DNA of 32,000 nucleotides from Propionibacterium freudenreichii subsp. freudenreichii (GTDB lineage: Bacteria > Actinomycetota > Actinomycetes > Propionibacteriales > Propionibacteriaceae), in assembly GCF_000940845.1 (NCBI RefSeq), contig NZ_CP010341.1, positions 1,950,001 to 1,982,000 on the forward strand. The letters run 5' to 3'. Below, piece by piece: positions 21,654-32,000 of this stretch. A program made the translations under genes and the position numbers. Position 1 is the stretch's first letter. The number at the start of each line of letters is the position of its first letter. Below the pieces are notes generated by a model, which was not told the origin of the DNA, did not search any database, and was given only the letters and a program-made list of their open reading frames with translations.

Positions 21654-22290
21654 ATGAGAGGTCCCACCCCCTCCGAACGGCCCTGGGACGATCGCTCGCG
21701 GGGGCTCCCTTCCCGCGTCCACCCCCCCTACTGGCCGCTACCTGCTGTCTGCCCCTGCCTCTGCCCCCGCATGCGGTCTGCGGGAACAGAGCCACACCAG
21801 GGTGGCCCGGGGCGCGCGGCGACCCACAAGGGCGAGCGCGCTTCTGCCCGTCCCTGCTGGCATGGGGAGTGCGCGGCCCCTACCGGCTGTGGCGTCCCCT
21901 CCCTGGGGGAAGGTGCGCTGACTCCCTGCCCGGCACGTCCCCGCGCCGGTGGAGACCAACACGGGTGTCCCAGCGTGTTCTCTCCGGACACGTTGTGGCG
22001 TTGAGTGAGGGGCGAGCCCTGAGATGGTCGTAGCTGTCGCGCCGCGCGGTGGATCCGGCGGAGCACCGACTCAGGCGGTGATGCCGTCCACAACGCGGTG
22101 GTCAGTAACGCAGGGCCTCCTATAGGAGCAGGTGCAGGTGGAAGACGGTCGCCGAGGCACGACAGCCCCCGGACGGGACGCTCCCACGGACAAGACAGGG
22201 TCCCCGGGCACAGCCGGCCCCGGACACCTCCTCGCGGGATCCCCCACAACTAGCGGACCCCGAAGGCTAGGTCCTCTGACAAGACCGGCC

Positions 22291-22343
22291 CACGACAAAG
22301 CGGTGGGGCCGACTCCGAAGAGCCGACCCCACCGCTTGTCGTG
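22291..22343 (-). terminator. long hairpin downstream of groEL
   Basis: cacgacaaagcggtggggccgac-tccgaaga-gccgaccccaccgcttgtcgtg forms a ~20-bp stem with one bulge and a mismatch. It lies 147 nt past the groEL stop. No clear U-tract, so the call is moderate. Confidence 0.4.
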
Positions 22344-22489
22344 CACCAACCACGCGTGCACTCGTCGTTCAGGTGATGCGATGTAGCCCGCATGTCGGGG
22401 GCGAGGGCGTTGTCACCATCTGGTGGGTATCCACCATCCGTGCAACCGACCTGTCACCTGTCCATGCAGCTACCTGCACATACCGTCTA

Positions 22490-24281
<1,792 letters not shown>

Positions 24282-24289
24282 CACCATTT

Positions 24290-24316
24290 TTAGCACTCGA
24301 CCGAAGCGAGTGCAAA
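24290..24316. promoter_or_regulatory. second CIRCE-like HrcA operator
   Basis: TTAGCACTC-gaccgaagc-GAGTGCAAA, 8 nt from the first element. Confidence 0.75.
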
Positions 24317-24455
24317 GGTCTGACGTGGACTTGAGCCGCCCCGACTCAACCATGGATGGCCCCGCAGGCACTTCGGGGGACGCCCGAACGTCGGGACGAG
24401 GGCCCGTTGCACCGCCGTTGCGGCGTCGACAAGGGCAATCACTGCCCCGGGGGCG

Positions 24456-24737
24456 CTAGGCCTTGTGCAGCCGGTGCGCCGACCGCTCCCGTTGGCGCTG
24501 CTCACGCAGGCGACGCAGTCGCTTCACCAACAGCGGATCGTGGGCCAGGGCCTCGGGACGGTCGATCAGCGAGTTCAGGATCAGGTAATAGCGCGGGGTC
24601 GACAGGTCGAAGCGTTCCCGGATCTCCTGCTCCTTGGAGACGCGTGACTTCCACCAGGTCTTCTCGAAGTCGAGGATCGCGATGTCGCGCGGCGACAACT
24701 CGGGGCCGCTCTGCGCGTCGTGTGCTACCTGGGGCAT
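24456..24737 (-). CDS. DUF3263-like small protein
   Basis: 93 aa. LSPRDIAILDFEKTWWKSRVSKEQEIRERFDLSTPRYYLILNSLIDRPEALAHDPLLVKRLRRLRE matches my recollection of the conserved actinobacterial DUF3263 pattern. Confidence 0.65.
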   Translation of the reverse strand: MPQVAHDAQSGPELSPRDIAILDFEKTWWKSRVSKEQEIRERFDLSTPRYYLILNSLIDRPEALAHDPLLVKRLRRLREQRQRERSAHRLHKA

Positions 24738-24955
24738 ACCCGCAGTCTAACGACTCACCGCCCATGGTCTGAAAGCCTGTGGAACCGGCGACACGGCCCG
24801 CGGCGGCGGCTGGGGATATTGCCCGGCCGGGGCCTCCAACTGACATGATGGACAGCGCCGGACCGGTGAGGGGTGCGGCCATCGCGGAGCACGACATCGC
24901 CACAGAAGGCCCGAAAGCAGGACCTGGAAACGCAGGACCTGAGAGAAGGAAGAGC

Positions 24956-26155
24956 ATGCGATCTCTGACAGGCATCGTGAAGAACTACGCCTGGGGATCA
25001 CCCACAGCCATTCCAGCCATCCTCGGCACCGTGCCCGATGAGACGCCGCAGGCCGAGTACTGGCTGGGCGCGCACGACTCCGCACCTGCCAAGGTGGACG
25101 GCACCACCCTGGACCGGCTACTGGCCGATGAACCGCAGTTGTTGGGCGGCCCGGTGAATGAGCGCTTCGGCGGCAAGCTGCCCTTCCTGATGAAGATCCT
25201 CGCCGCCGCCCAGCCACTGAGCCTGCAGGCACATCCCTCCGCGGAACAGGCCGAGGCCGGATTCGCCGCCGAGGAAGCACGCGGGGTGCCGGTGGACGAC
25301 CCGAAGCGCACCTTCAAGGACACCTGGCCCAAGCCGGAGGTGCTGGTGGCGCTGAGCCCCTTCGAGGCGCTGGCCGGCTTCCGTGATCCCAAGCGCACCG
25401 TGGCCCTGTTCGACGAGCTGCAGCCGCGCGAACCCCTGGAATCGTTGATCGGCCCGCTGCGCCACCGCGGCGCCGAGGCGGGCCTGGCCGAGGTGTTCCT
25501 CGAATGCCTGTGTCCCGACGACGAGCACAAGGCCATGGTGAACGGGGTGCTCGCCGCGGCGCTGCCCCATGAGCACGACAAGTCGCCGCTCGGCGACTTC
25601 GCCCGCCTGGCACTGCGCCTCGACGAGTTCTACCCCAGCGACCCGGGCATCCTCGCGGCCCTGCTGCTGAACCACTTCACGCTGAAGCCGGGGCAGGGAC
25701 TGCGGGTGCAGGCCGATGTGCTGCACGCCTACGTGCAGGGCACCGGAATCGAGATCATGGCAAGCTCCGACAACGTGGTGCGGGGCGGGCTGACCCACAA
25801 GCACATTGACGTGAAGGCCCTGGTGGACCTGCTGGACTTCAGCCCGAGCACGCCGCAGATCATCACCCCGACCCCCGTCGGTGGTGGCCTGGCCCGCTAC
25901 CAGACGCCCGACGAGCAGTTCGCCCTGTGGCGCGCCGAATTGTCGCCCGACCGCACGGTGACCCTGCCCGCCCAGCAGATGTCGCGCATCCTGCTGGTGA
26001 TCGAGGGCCATGTTGACGTGATGGACGCCCGGGGCCAGCACAAGGCCGAACTCGTGCAGGGCCAGTCGGCCTTCTTCGACGCCGGCGAGGACGTCACCCT
26101 CAAGGGAAGTTGCCTGGCATTCCTGGCGGCCCCCGGTCTCCACGAGGCGATCTAG
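24956..26155 (+). CDS. manA: mannose-6-phosphate isomerase, class I
   Basis: From ATG 24956 (preceded by GAAGGAAG): MRSLTGIVKNYAWGSPTAIPAILG...EYWLGAHDSAPAKV...LPFLMKILAAAQPLSLQAHPS...VRGGLTHKHIDV. These are type I PMI signatures. The track start at 24779 adds a non-homologous leader. Confidence 0.88.
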   Translation: MRSLTGIVKNYAWGSPTAIPAILGTVPDETPQAEYWLGAHDSAPAKVDGTTLDRLLADEPQLLGGPVNERFGGKLPFLMKILAAAQPLSLQAHPSAEQAEAGFAAEEARGVPVDDPKRTFKDTWPKPEVLVALSPFEALAGFRDPKRTVALFDELQPREPLESLIGPLRHRGAEAGLAEVFLECLCPDDEHKAMVNGVLAAALPHEHDKSPLGDFARLALRLDEFYPSDPGILAALLLNHFTLKPGQGLRVQADVLHAYVQGTGIEIMASSDNVVRGGLTHKHIDVKALVDLLDFSPSTPQIITPTPVGGGLARYQTPDEQFALWRAELSPDRTVTLPAQQMSRILLVIEGHVDVMDARGQHKAELVQGQSAFFDAGEDVTLKGSCLAFLAAPGLHEAI

Positions 26156-26288
26156 TCCCCCGTCGCCGGTTCGCGCCGGACGCGGCTGGCGGGCAGAATG
26201 GCCCGGCAGGCACAATGGTGCCCGCAGCCTGGGCCCTGGCACGTTGGGCCCTTGCAGATCGGGTCAACGCAGGTTGACCAACCGGCAC

Positions 26289-26364
26289 GCCTCCGTAGCT
26301 CAGCGGCCAGAGCATTCGCCTTGTAAGCGAAGGGTCGAGGGTTCGACTCCCTCCGGGGGCTCCA
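26289..26364 (+). tRNA. tRNA-Thr (anticodon TGT), CCA encoded
   Basis: Folded by hand: acceptor GCCTCCG/CGGGGGC, D stem GCTC/GAGC, anticodon stem TTCGC/GCGAA with loop CTTGTAA, variable loop GGGTC, T arm GAGGG-TTCGACT-CCCTC, discriminator T, then CCA. Confidence 0.9.
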
Positions 26365-26643
26365 TGTGGACCGGCTCGTCCCGGACAGGGGAATGGGGCG
26401 CCGGATCACCCACCAGACCCGACGCCCCAAGTTTTGGACTCCCGGCTTGTCCTTGCCGTCCATCCGGCCTTCCCCGGGAGCAGTTCCCATTGTGCGCAGC
26501 GTGATTGTGGTCACCGTCAGGCGTCGCTGTGGGTTGGCTGTCATTTCGACCCCCACCGGGGCTCCTTCCGCAGGCCGATGGGCGGCCCCTCGGGGCCGGA
26601 GCCATCACGAAACCCGGTGTTATCCTGAGCGGACCGTCCGGCT

Positions 26644-28974
26644 ATGGCAGCCGCGCATTGGGAGACTCAGTTGTTCACTCGCATCGGCAGGGCCGTGTCC
26701 CGCCACCCACTGGCCTTCGTCCTCATCTGGGCGGTGGTGCTGGGCATCACAGGAAGCCTGGCGCTCACCGGATGGGGTGGCCAGAACCTGTTCTCCCGGC
26801 TGACCAGCAGCGAGACCAATGTGCCCGACACCGACTCACAGCACGTCGCCGACACCGTGGCCGAGGCCCGGGGATCGTCGACCACGGTGACGATCGTGGT
26901 GACCGGCGTCGACGTGCGGACGCACCGGGCGCAGGCTGGCGAGTTGGTCGCCACGCTGCGCGACAAGCTCGACGTCGAGCACGTGGCCTCCGTCACCGAC
27001 GCCTTCTCGGTGCTGGCCCGGGTTCCCGGGACGGATCCGGCGCTGGCACAGGCCGATCCGGCCGCAGCACGTGCCGCGGCCGAGGCGACCGCCAGGGCAC
27101 AGGCCTCGGCGCAGGCGATGCTGGCCGCCGACGGGAACGGGTTCACCGAGGTGATCACGCTGGATGCGGGGCTTGACGCCAAGCAGCAATCGGCAGCCCA
27201 CGAGGCACTCGATGCCGCCCTGCCCGGCTATCTCGACGGGCTGCACGAGCAATTCCCCGGGGCCGAGGCCTATCAGGTGTCGACCCGCGCCATCGGCGAC
27301 TCGATCATCGACCTGGTGCAGAAGGACCTGATCCGCGGGGAGAGCGTCGGGCTACCGGTGGCCCTGGTGCTGCTGGTGATCGTCTTCGGCGGACTGCTCG
27401 CCGCAGGGCTTCCGCTGGTCGGAGCGCTCACCTCCATCGGCGTCGGCATGGGTGGCCTGTGGCTCCTCACCCATGTGATGGGCATCGATTCGTTCATCCT
27501 CAATGTGATCTCGATCATCGGCCTGGCGCTGTCGATCGACTACGGGCTATTGGTGGTGAGCCGCTACCGCGAGGAACTCGCCGAACGCCTCGACGCCGAC
27601 GCGGCAGTGGCCGCCGACCGACACCGGACGCACCAGCTGGTGCGCCAGTGCGTGGCCCGGTCGATCGAGACCGCCGGACGCACGGTGTCGTTCTCGGCGC
27701 TGACCATCGCCTTCTCGATCGGCGGGCTGCTGGTGATGCGTTCGTCCATCCTCAAGACGATCGCCCTGGGCGGCATCATCGTGACGGTGATCGCCGTGCT
27801 CAGCGCGGTGACGCTCATCCCGGCGATCATCACCCTGTTGGGCTCGCACATGGTGCGGCCCTCGGTGCTGGCACGGGTGCCCGGACTGCGCGGGTTGGTG
27901 CGGGCGGTGGGCGATGCGTCGAGTGACACCGGTGCCTTCCACAAGCTCGCCCACCGGGTGATCGCGCACCCGTGGATCATCATGGTGGTGGTGAGCGCCA
28001 TCCTGGCGCTGATGGCCTCCCCGATCGGCACGCTGCGGCTGCGCACCGCGTTCACCGACTACATGCCGGCCAACTCGATGATCCGAACCGGCTACGACAC
28101 CCTGCAGTCGCAGTATCCGGCGATGGCGACGCCGTCGATCACCCTGATTGCCGAGGCGCCACCGGAACGAACCGGCGCCCTGGTGTCACAGATCGAGGAC
28201 CTTGCCCACGTCACCCGGGTGAGCCCCGGCGCGCTGGCGGACAAGCCCGGGCTGACGCGCATCGACGTGCGGGTCGACGCGTCCGACCAGGTGGGCCCCG
28301 AGGTGAGCGACATGGTGCGCACCCTGCGGGGCGAGGACCCCGGATACCGGATCTGGGTGGGCGGCGCGGCGGCCTCGCAGATCGACTTCAACCACTCACT
28401 GGCCCAGGGCGCACCGTGGTCAGCGTTGATCATCGTGGTCTCGGTGCTGGTGCTGCTGTTCCTCATGACCGGGTCATTGATCGTGCCCCTCAAGGCGCTG
28501 CTCATCAACAGCCTGTCGCTGGTGGCCTCCTTGGGAGTGACGGCCTGGCTGTTCGAGGGCGGCCACCTGGGACTGCCACAGGTGAACGGGCTGGAGACCT
28601 TCATCGTGGCGTGCATGCTGGCCTTCGGATTCGGGCTGGCGATGGACTACGAGGTGTTCCTGCTGGCGCGCATCAAGGAGTACTGGGAAGCCGGCCACGA
28701 CAACAACGAGGCCGTGGCCCGTGGACTCCAACGGTCGGGACGCATCATCACCTCGGCGGCGGCGATCATCATCGCGGTGTTCCTCGGGTTCGTCTCGGGC
28801 GAGATGCTGGCCATCAAGGAGCTCGGCGTCGCACTGGCAATCATGGTGGCCACCGACGCCACCCTGGTGCGGCTGCTCCTGGTGCCCAGCACGATGACGG
28901 TGCTCGGCCACTGGAACTGGTGGGCGCCGCGGCCCCTGCGGAAGGTCTACGAGCGCTTCCAGCTGCACCACTGA
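26644..28974 (+). CDS. MMPL-family (RND superfamily) membrane transporter
   Basis: 776 aa with two blocks of about 5-6 TM helices, each preceded by a soluble loop. Typical strings: FTRIGRAVSRHPLAFVLIWAVVL, GLALSIDYGLLVVSRYREEL, GFGLAMDYEVFLLARIKEYW. Confidence 0.85.
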   Translation: MAAAHWETQLFTRIGRAVSRHPLAFVLIWAVVLGITGSLALTGWGGQNLFSRLTSSETNVPDTDSQHVADTVAEARGSSTTVTIVVTGVDVRTHRAQAGELVATLRDKLDVEHVASVTDAFSVLARVPGTDPALAQADPAAARAAAEATARAQASAQAMLAADGNGFTEVITLDAGLDAKQQSAAHEALDAALPGYLDGLHEQFPGAEAYQVSTRAIGDSIIDLVQKDLIRGESVGLPVALVLLVIVFGGLLAAGLPLVGALTSIGVGMGGLWLLTHVMGIDSFILNVISIIGLALSIDYGLLVVSRYREELAERLDADAAVAADRHRTHQLVRQCVARSIETAGRTVSFSALTIAFSIGGLLVMRSSILKTIALGGIIVTVIAVLSAVTLIPAIITLLGSHMVRPSVLARVPGLRGLVRAVGDASSDTGAFHKLAHRVIAHPWIIMVVVSAILALMASPIGTLRLRTAFTDYMPANSMIRTGYDTLQSQYPAMATPSITLIAEAPPERTGALVSQIEDLAHVTRVSPGALADKPGLTRIDVRVDASDQVGPEVSDMVRTLRGEDPGYRIWVGGAAASQIDFNHSLAQGAPWSALIIVVSVLVLLFLMTGSLIVPLKALLINSLSLVASLGVTAWLFEGGHLGLPQVNGLETFIVACMLAFGFGLAMDYEVFLLARIKEYWEAGHDNNEAVARGLQRSGRIITSAAAIIIAVFLGFVSGEMLAIKELGVALAIMVATDATLVRLLLVPSTMTVLGHWNWWAPRPLRKVYERFQLHH

Positions 28975-29039
28975 GCCACTGGGACCCGACCCCGCCGGAC
29001 TGCCGGGCCGCCCGGGCCTCGGACGGGCGCGCGGTCCGG

Positions 29040-29099
29040 GCCCAGGTCCCTGCGCAGGTCCGGGCCCAGATCCGTACGCAGATCCGTGCGCAGGTCAGT
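29040..29099. repeat. five degenerate 12-bp tandem repeats in a convergent intergenic region
   Basis: gcccaggtccct / gcgcaggtccgg / gcccagatccgt / acgcagatccgt / gcgcaggtcagt. The last unit overlaps the stop codon of the minus-strand channel gene. Confidence 0.75.
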
Positions 29100-31236
29100 G
29101 GTGCTCGGACGCGGACGGCTCGGGACCGGTGCCCTTGTCGTCGCCGGTGGACGCCGTGCCATGCCCGGCGTCGGCCTCCGGCTGCCGTGCCGGATCATCC
29201 TTCGGGGGCGCGCCTGGAGTGTCCTGCGCGGGTGCGGCCGGGACACCGTTACCGGCGCTTGTCGGCCCGTCGCCACAGGGAACCGGTATCCCCTGCCCGG
29301 ATCGCCCGCCCACGGCGTTGACGCGCCCGTCGGACCCGGACTGCGCTCCCCGGGCATCACGGCCCGGCCTGCCACCGGGCTTGCCCGACAGCGCCTTGGC
29401 AGCCTTCGCCTTGGCGGCCTTGGCGCGGGCCACGCGTTGCTTCGCCGCCAGGGCGCGGGCACCCTCCTGGGGAGGCACCGCATCATGGTCGTGCAGCTCC
29501 TCGGACTGGCGGCGTTGGCCGGTGATCCAGCGCCACACCACCCCGCCATTGCCCTCCTGCCCGGTCTGCACATAGCCCAGCGCATTCGCGTTCTGCAGCA
29601 CCAGGGACACATTGCCGTGGCCCTGCGTCGAACCGGCGAACAGGATGCGGTCGTCGGGACGCAATTCCATCGTGAGTTCGGGACGTTCCATCGACTTGTT
29701 GCCGCGACGCACCATCAGCGCCGCCGCCTCGCTGCGCTGGGTGCGCTTGTCGGGATCGGTGAGCACATCGGCCAGGGTGACCCGGTGGCCGGAGGCCAGA
29801 CGCTGCGACACGGCCGTGGCCTGTCCACGCCGGATGACGACGTCCCACAACTCCGGGATGCGCCCCCGGCCGAAGCGCGTGAGCCGATCAGACAGGACGG
29901 CGCATTCCTTCTCGCTGTACTGGTCGATGCGCTTGAGGTACTGCCCCAACAACGGGGTGGTGATGCGGGCCAGGAACTCCTGGGCGACGATATGGCTCGG
30001 GACCATGGACAGGTCGTCGAGGAAGGCGTCGAACAGGGGTGTGTTGGCGGTCTGGTTCTGCCGGGTGACGATGAAGATGCCGGGATTCAGCTCGCGGGCC
30101 GTCACCGCGATGGCCAGGTTCTTCGTGTCCGACGCATTGCCGGCCACGATGCCGTCGGCCGTCTTCACCCCCGCGGCGATGAGGCTCTCGGAATCGGTGC
30201 CGGTGCCGCGCACGTCGACGCCGCCCTGGTCGAAGTGGGCCTCGTCGATCACCGTCACCTCGATGCCGGTGGAGCGCAGCTCCTCGACCATGGCGTGGCC
30301 GAAACGCCCATAGCCGCACATGATCCAGTGCCCGCGGGGCGGTTGGCGCTGGTCGGGAACGGGCTCGCCGACCAGTCCGGTGAGGATCTCTCGCAGCCGG
30401 TAGCGCTCAGGGGCGATGATCGACGACGCCAGCTGCCGCGCAAAGCGCTCGAAGGGATTGATCACCAGGTCGCCACCGAAGACCCCCACATGCGTCTCGG
30501 TCTCCACATTGCGGATGCGGGCCAGCACCACCACCCGCGGGGCCAACAGGCGCGTGGTGACCGCGATCGCCTGGTTGGTGGAGTCGTCCTCGGTGAGCGC
30601 CAGCACCCCGCGACAATGCGGGGACACCAGGCCGGCATCGCGCATCACCGAGGGCTGGCTGGCGTCGGCCACGATGAGCGGCGGATCGGAGCGGAACTCC
30701 TCCAGGCGCATGCGCGCGAGGCGCTCCTCGTTGCGCTCCACCACCACGAAGCGCAGCCCGAGCCGATCGAGGCCATGGCACACCAGGGCCCCCGTCTCGC
30801 CGGCGCCCGCCACGATGTAGAAGGGCTCACGCAGCCCGTAGATGCGTCGGGTGAAGCGTGCCTGGCGCAGCGCATTCTGGAACGCCCGCTCCTGCACCAG
30901 GGCGAGGATGTTGACCAGCGAATATGACCAACCCACCACGGTCATGTAGATGGTCATGGTCATCCACATGCGTTGCGCCGCCGAATAGGGCTGCGGGATC
31001 TCGCCGAAGCCGATGGTGGCGCCGGTGTAGCTCACCACGTAGAAGGCGTTGAACAGGCCCATCGCCGGGGTGGGATTCCCTGCGTCGTCGACGCCGGGGA
31101 TCAACCCCAGGCCGACCGTACAGATGGTGTAGATCACGATGAGCAGGATGAGCGGGAAGCGCATCCTGCGCATGATCAGGTAGAAGACGTCGGTGAGGCC
31201 ACCGGGACGCTTCAACCGTGTGCTGCTGGCGGGCAT
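29095..31236 (-). CDS. potassium channel protein: 2TM pore plus two RCK/TrkA-N domains and a long low-complexity C-terminal tail
   Basis: Pore region [20 protein letters not shown] (T-I-G-F-G-E filter) sits between two hydrophobic helices. Rossmann GxGxxG motifs are [11 protein letters not shown] and [11 protein letters not shown]. The last ~170 aa are Ala/Lys/Gly/Pro-rich. Confidence 0.8.
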   Translation of the reverse strand: MPASSTRLKRPGGLTDVFYLIMRRMRFPLILLIVIYTICTVGLGLIPGVDDAGNPTPAMGLFNAFYVVSYTGATIGFGEIPQPYSAAQRMWMTMTIYMTVVGWSYSLVNILALVQERAFQNALRQARFTRRIYGLREPFYIVAGAGETGALVCHGLDRLGLRFVVVERNEERLARMRLEEFRSDPPLIVADASQPSVMRDAGLVSPHCRGVLALTEDDSTNQAIAVTTRLLAPRVVVLARIRNVETETHVGVFGGDLVINPFERFARQLASSIIAPERYRLREILTGLVGEPVPDQRQPPRGHWIMCGYGRFGHAMVEELRSTGIEVTVIDEAHFDQGGVDVRGTGTDSESLIAAGVKTADGIVAGNASDTKNLAIAVTARELNPGIFIVTRQNQTANTPLFDAFLDDLSMVPSHIVAQEFLARITTPLLGQYLKRIDQYSEKECAVLSDRLTRFGRGRIPELWDVVIRRGQATAVSQRLASGHRVTLADVLTDPDKRTQRSEAAALMVRRGNKSMERPELTMELRPDDRILFAGSTQGHGNVSLVLQNANALGYVQTGQEGNGGVVWRWITGQRRQSEELHDHDAVPPQEGARALAAKQRVARAKAAKAKAAKALSGKPGGRPGRDARGAQSGSDGRVNAVGGRSGQGIPVPCGDGPTSAGNGVPAAPAQDTPGAPPKDDPARQPEADAGHGTASTGDDKGTGPEPSASEHH

Positions 31237-31242
31237 GGGCGG

Positions 31243-31626
31243 CTAGCGACGAATCTGCACGATCTCGCTGATCATCAGGATCACCGAGACGAGGTTGGCC
31301 AGCAGGGCTCCACCCGACATCGACACGATCAGCGAGATGTGACCCGGCGTCATGGTGGTGGCCACGATCTGCGTGGCCCAGACCCAGATGACGGCGGCCA
31401 CCACGAGCTGCAGGTCGGCCACCAGGCTGGTCGCCAGGTGCACGGCACCGAGCTGGGTGCGGTCGCCGAACTTCAGCACCGTGGTGATGAAGCTGACCAC
31501 CAGCGCAGCCGCGAGCTCATAGCCGTTGTGCAGCGCTGGATCGTCGATGCGGCCATAGAAGAAACCCAGGTTCAGGGCAGCGGCAAGGGTGACGAAAAAG
31601 CCGAAGACGACCTTCTCCAGATTCAT
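31243..31626 (-). CDS. small 4-TM membrane protein of unknown function, 6 nt upstream of the channel gene
   Basis: ATG 31626 follows GGAGG and gives [25 protein letters not shown]... (127 aa, four hydrophobic segments). The track start at 31701 was rejected, as there is no RBS and the leader is Ala/Gly-rich. Confidence 0.6.
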   Translation of the reverse strand: MNLEKVVFGFFVTLAAALNLGFFYGRIDDPALHNGYELAAALVVSFITTVLKFGDRTQLGAVHLATSLVADLQLVVAAVIWVWATQIVATTMTPGHISLIVSMSGGALLANLVSVILMISEIVQIRR

Positions 31627-31710
31627 ACTGCCTCCGTCGAAATCAATGATGACTCCTGTAGACGCTACCGCCCCGGCACTCGCGGCGCGGATCTGAAGCA
31701 CACTGGGGGC

Positions 31711-32000
31711 ATGGACATCGAGATCGTGCAGGGCGACATCACCCGGCTGCGGGTGGACGCCATCGTGAACGCCGCCAACTCATCGCTGCTGGGCGGGGGC
31801 GGCGTGGACGGGGCGATCCATCGCGCCGGCGGCCCGGCGATCCTGGCGGCCTGCCGCCAGTTGCGGGCGACGTCGCTGCCCGACGGACTGCCGGCGGGTC
31901 AGGCCGTGGCCACGACGGCCGGGAAGCTCCCGGCCACCTGGGTGATCCACACGGTGGGGCCGGTCTATTCGCGCACCGAGGACCGCTCGGCGCTGCTGGT
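31711..32000 (+). CDS. macro-domain protein (O-acetyl-ADP-ribose deacetylase-like), 5' part, runs off the right edge
   Basis: Own translation from ATG 31711: [51 protein letters not shown]...VIHTVGPVY, the canonical macro-domain N-terminal motifs. Confidence 0.85.
   Translation, partial: MDIEIVQGDITRLRVDAIVNAANSSLLGGGGVDGAIHRAGGPAILAACRQLRATSLPDGLPAGQAVATTAGKLPATWVIHTVGPVYSRTEDRSALL

Noticed and set aside
26152-26608. ORFs 26152..26556 and 26300..26608 (minus) and 26244..26504 (plus) around the tRNA
   Set aside because: They overlap tRNA-Thr and have Arg/Pro/Gly-rich composition with no motifs. I saw no attachment-site repeat or integrase next to the tRNA either, so no integrative element is called.
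29040-29099. Short tandem repeats as a CRISPR array
   Set aside because: The units are 12 bp, contiguous and degenerate with no spacers. No cas genes are present in the window.

Overview
High-GC actinobacterial chromosomal window. Gene content and rRNA look Propionibacteriaceae-like, but that needs a database search I cannot run. Conserved core on the left (1-7300): a truncated NCS2 purine permease, a DUF2530-like membrane protein, a DUF3027 plus cold-shock-domain operon, and a three-gene plus-strand unit of a Pro-rich membrane protein, a 773-aa helicase-associated protein and an XPB/ERCC3-type helicase. Accessory centre (7360-14617): three tandem minus-strand paralogues of a secreted surface protein (signal peptide, N-terminal domain, Ig-like 'QWQ' repeats, three C-terminal SLH domains). 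Each copy looks disrupted in a different way. Copy 1 has an in-frame TAG. Copy 2 has a frameshift between the signal peptide and the body. Copy 3 is split by a 1247-bp IS3-family element with 4-bp target duplications. Right part: NUDIX hydrolase, a complete minus-strand rRNA operon (16S-23S-5S) with a consensus-like promoter and a terminator hairpin, a stand-alone groEL preceded by two tandem CIRCE operators, a DUF3263 protein, manA, tRNA-Thr(TGT), an MMPL transporter, a 2TM/2xRCK potassium channel with a small membrane-protein partner, and the start of a macro-domain protein. No CRISPR array and no defence or biosynthetic cluster was recognised. The most notable signal is the decayed SLH surface-protein array and its IS. 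All calls come from reading the sequence and ORF translations, with no searches run.
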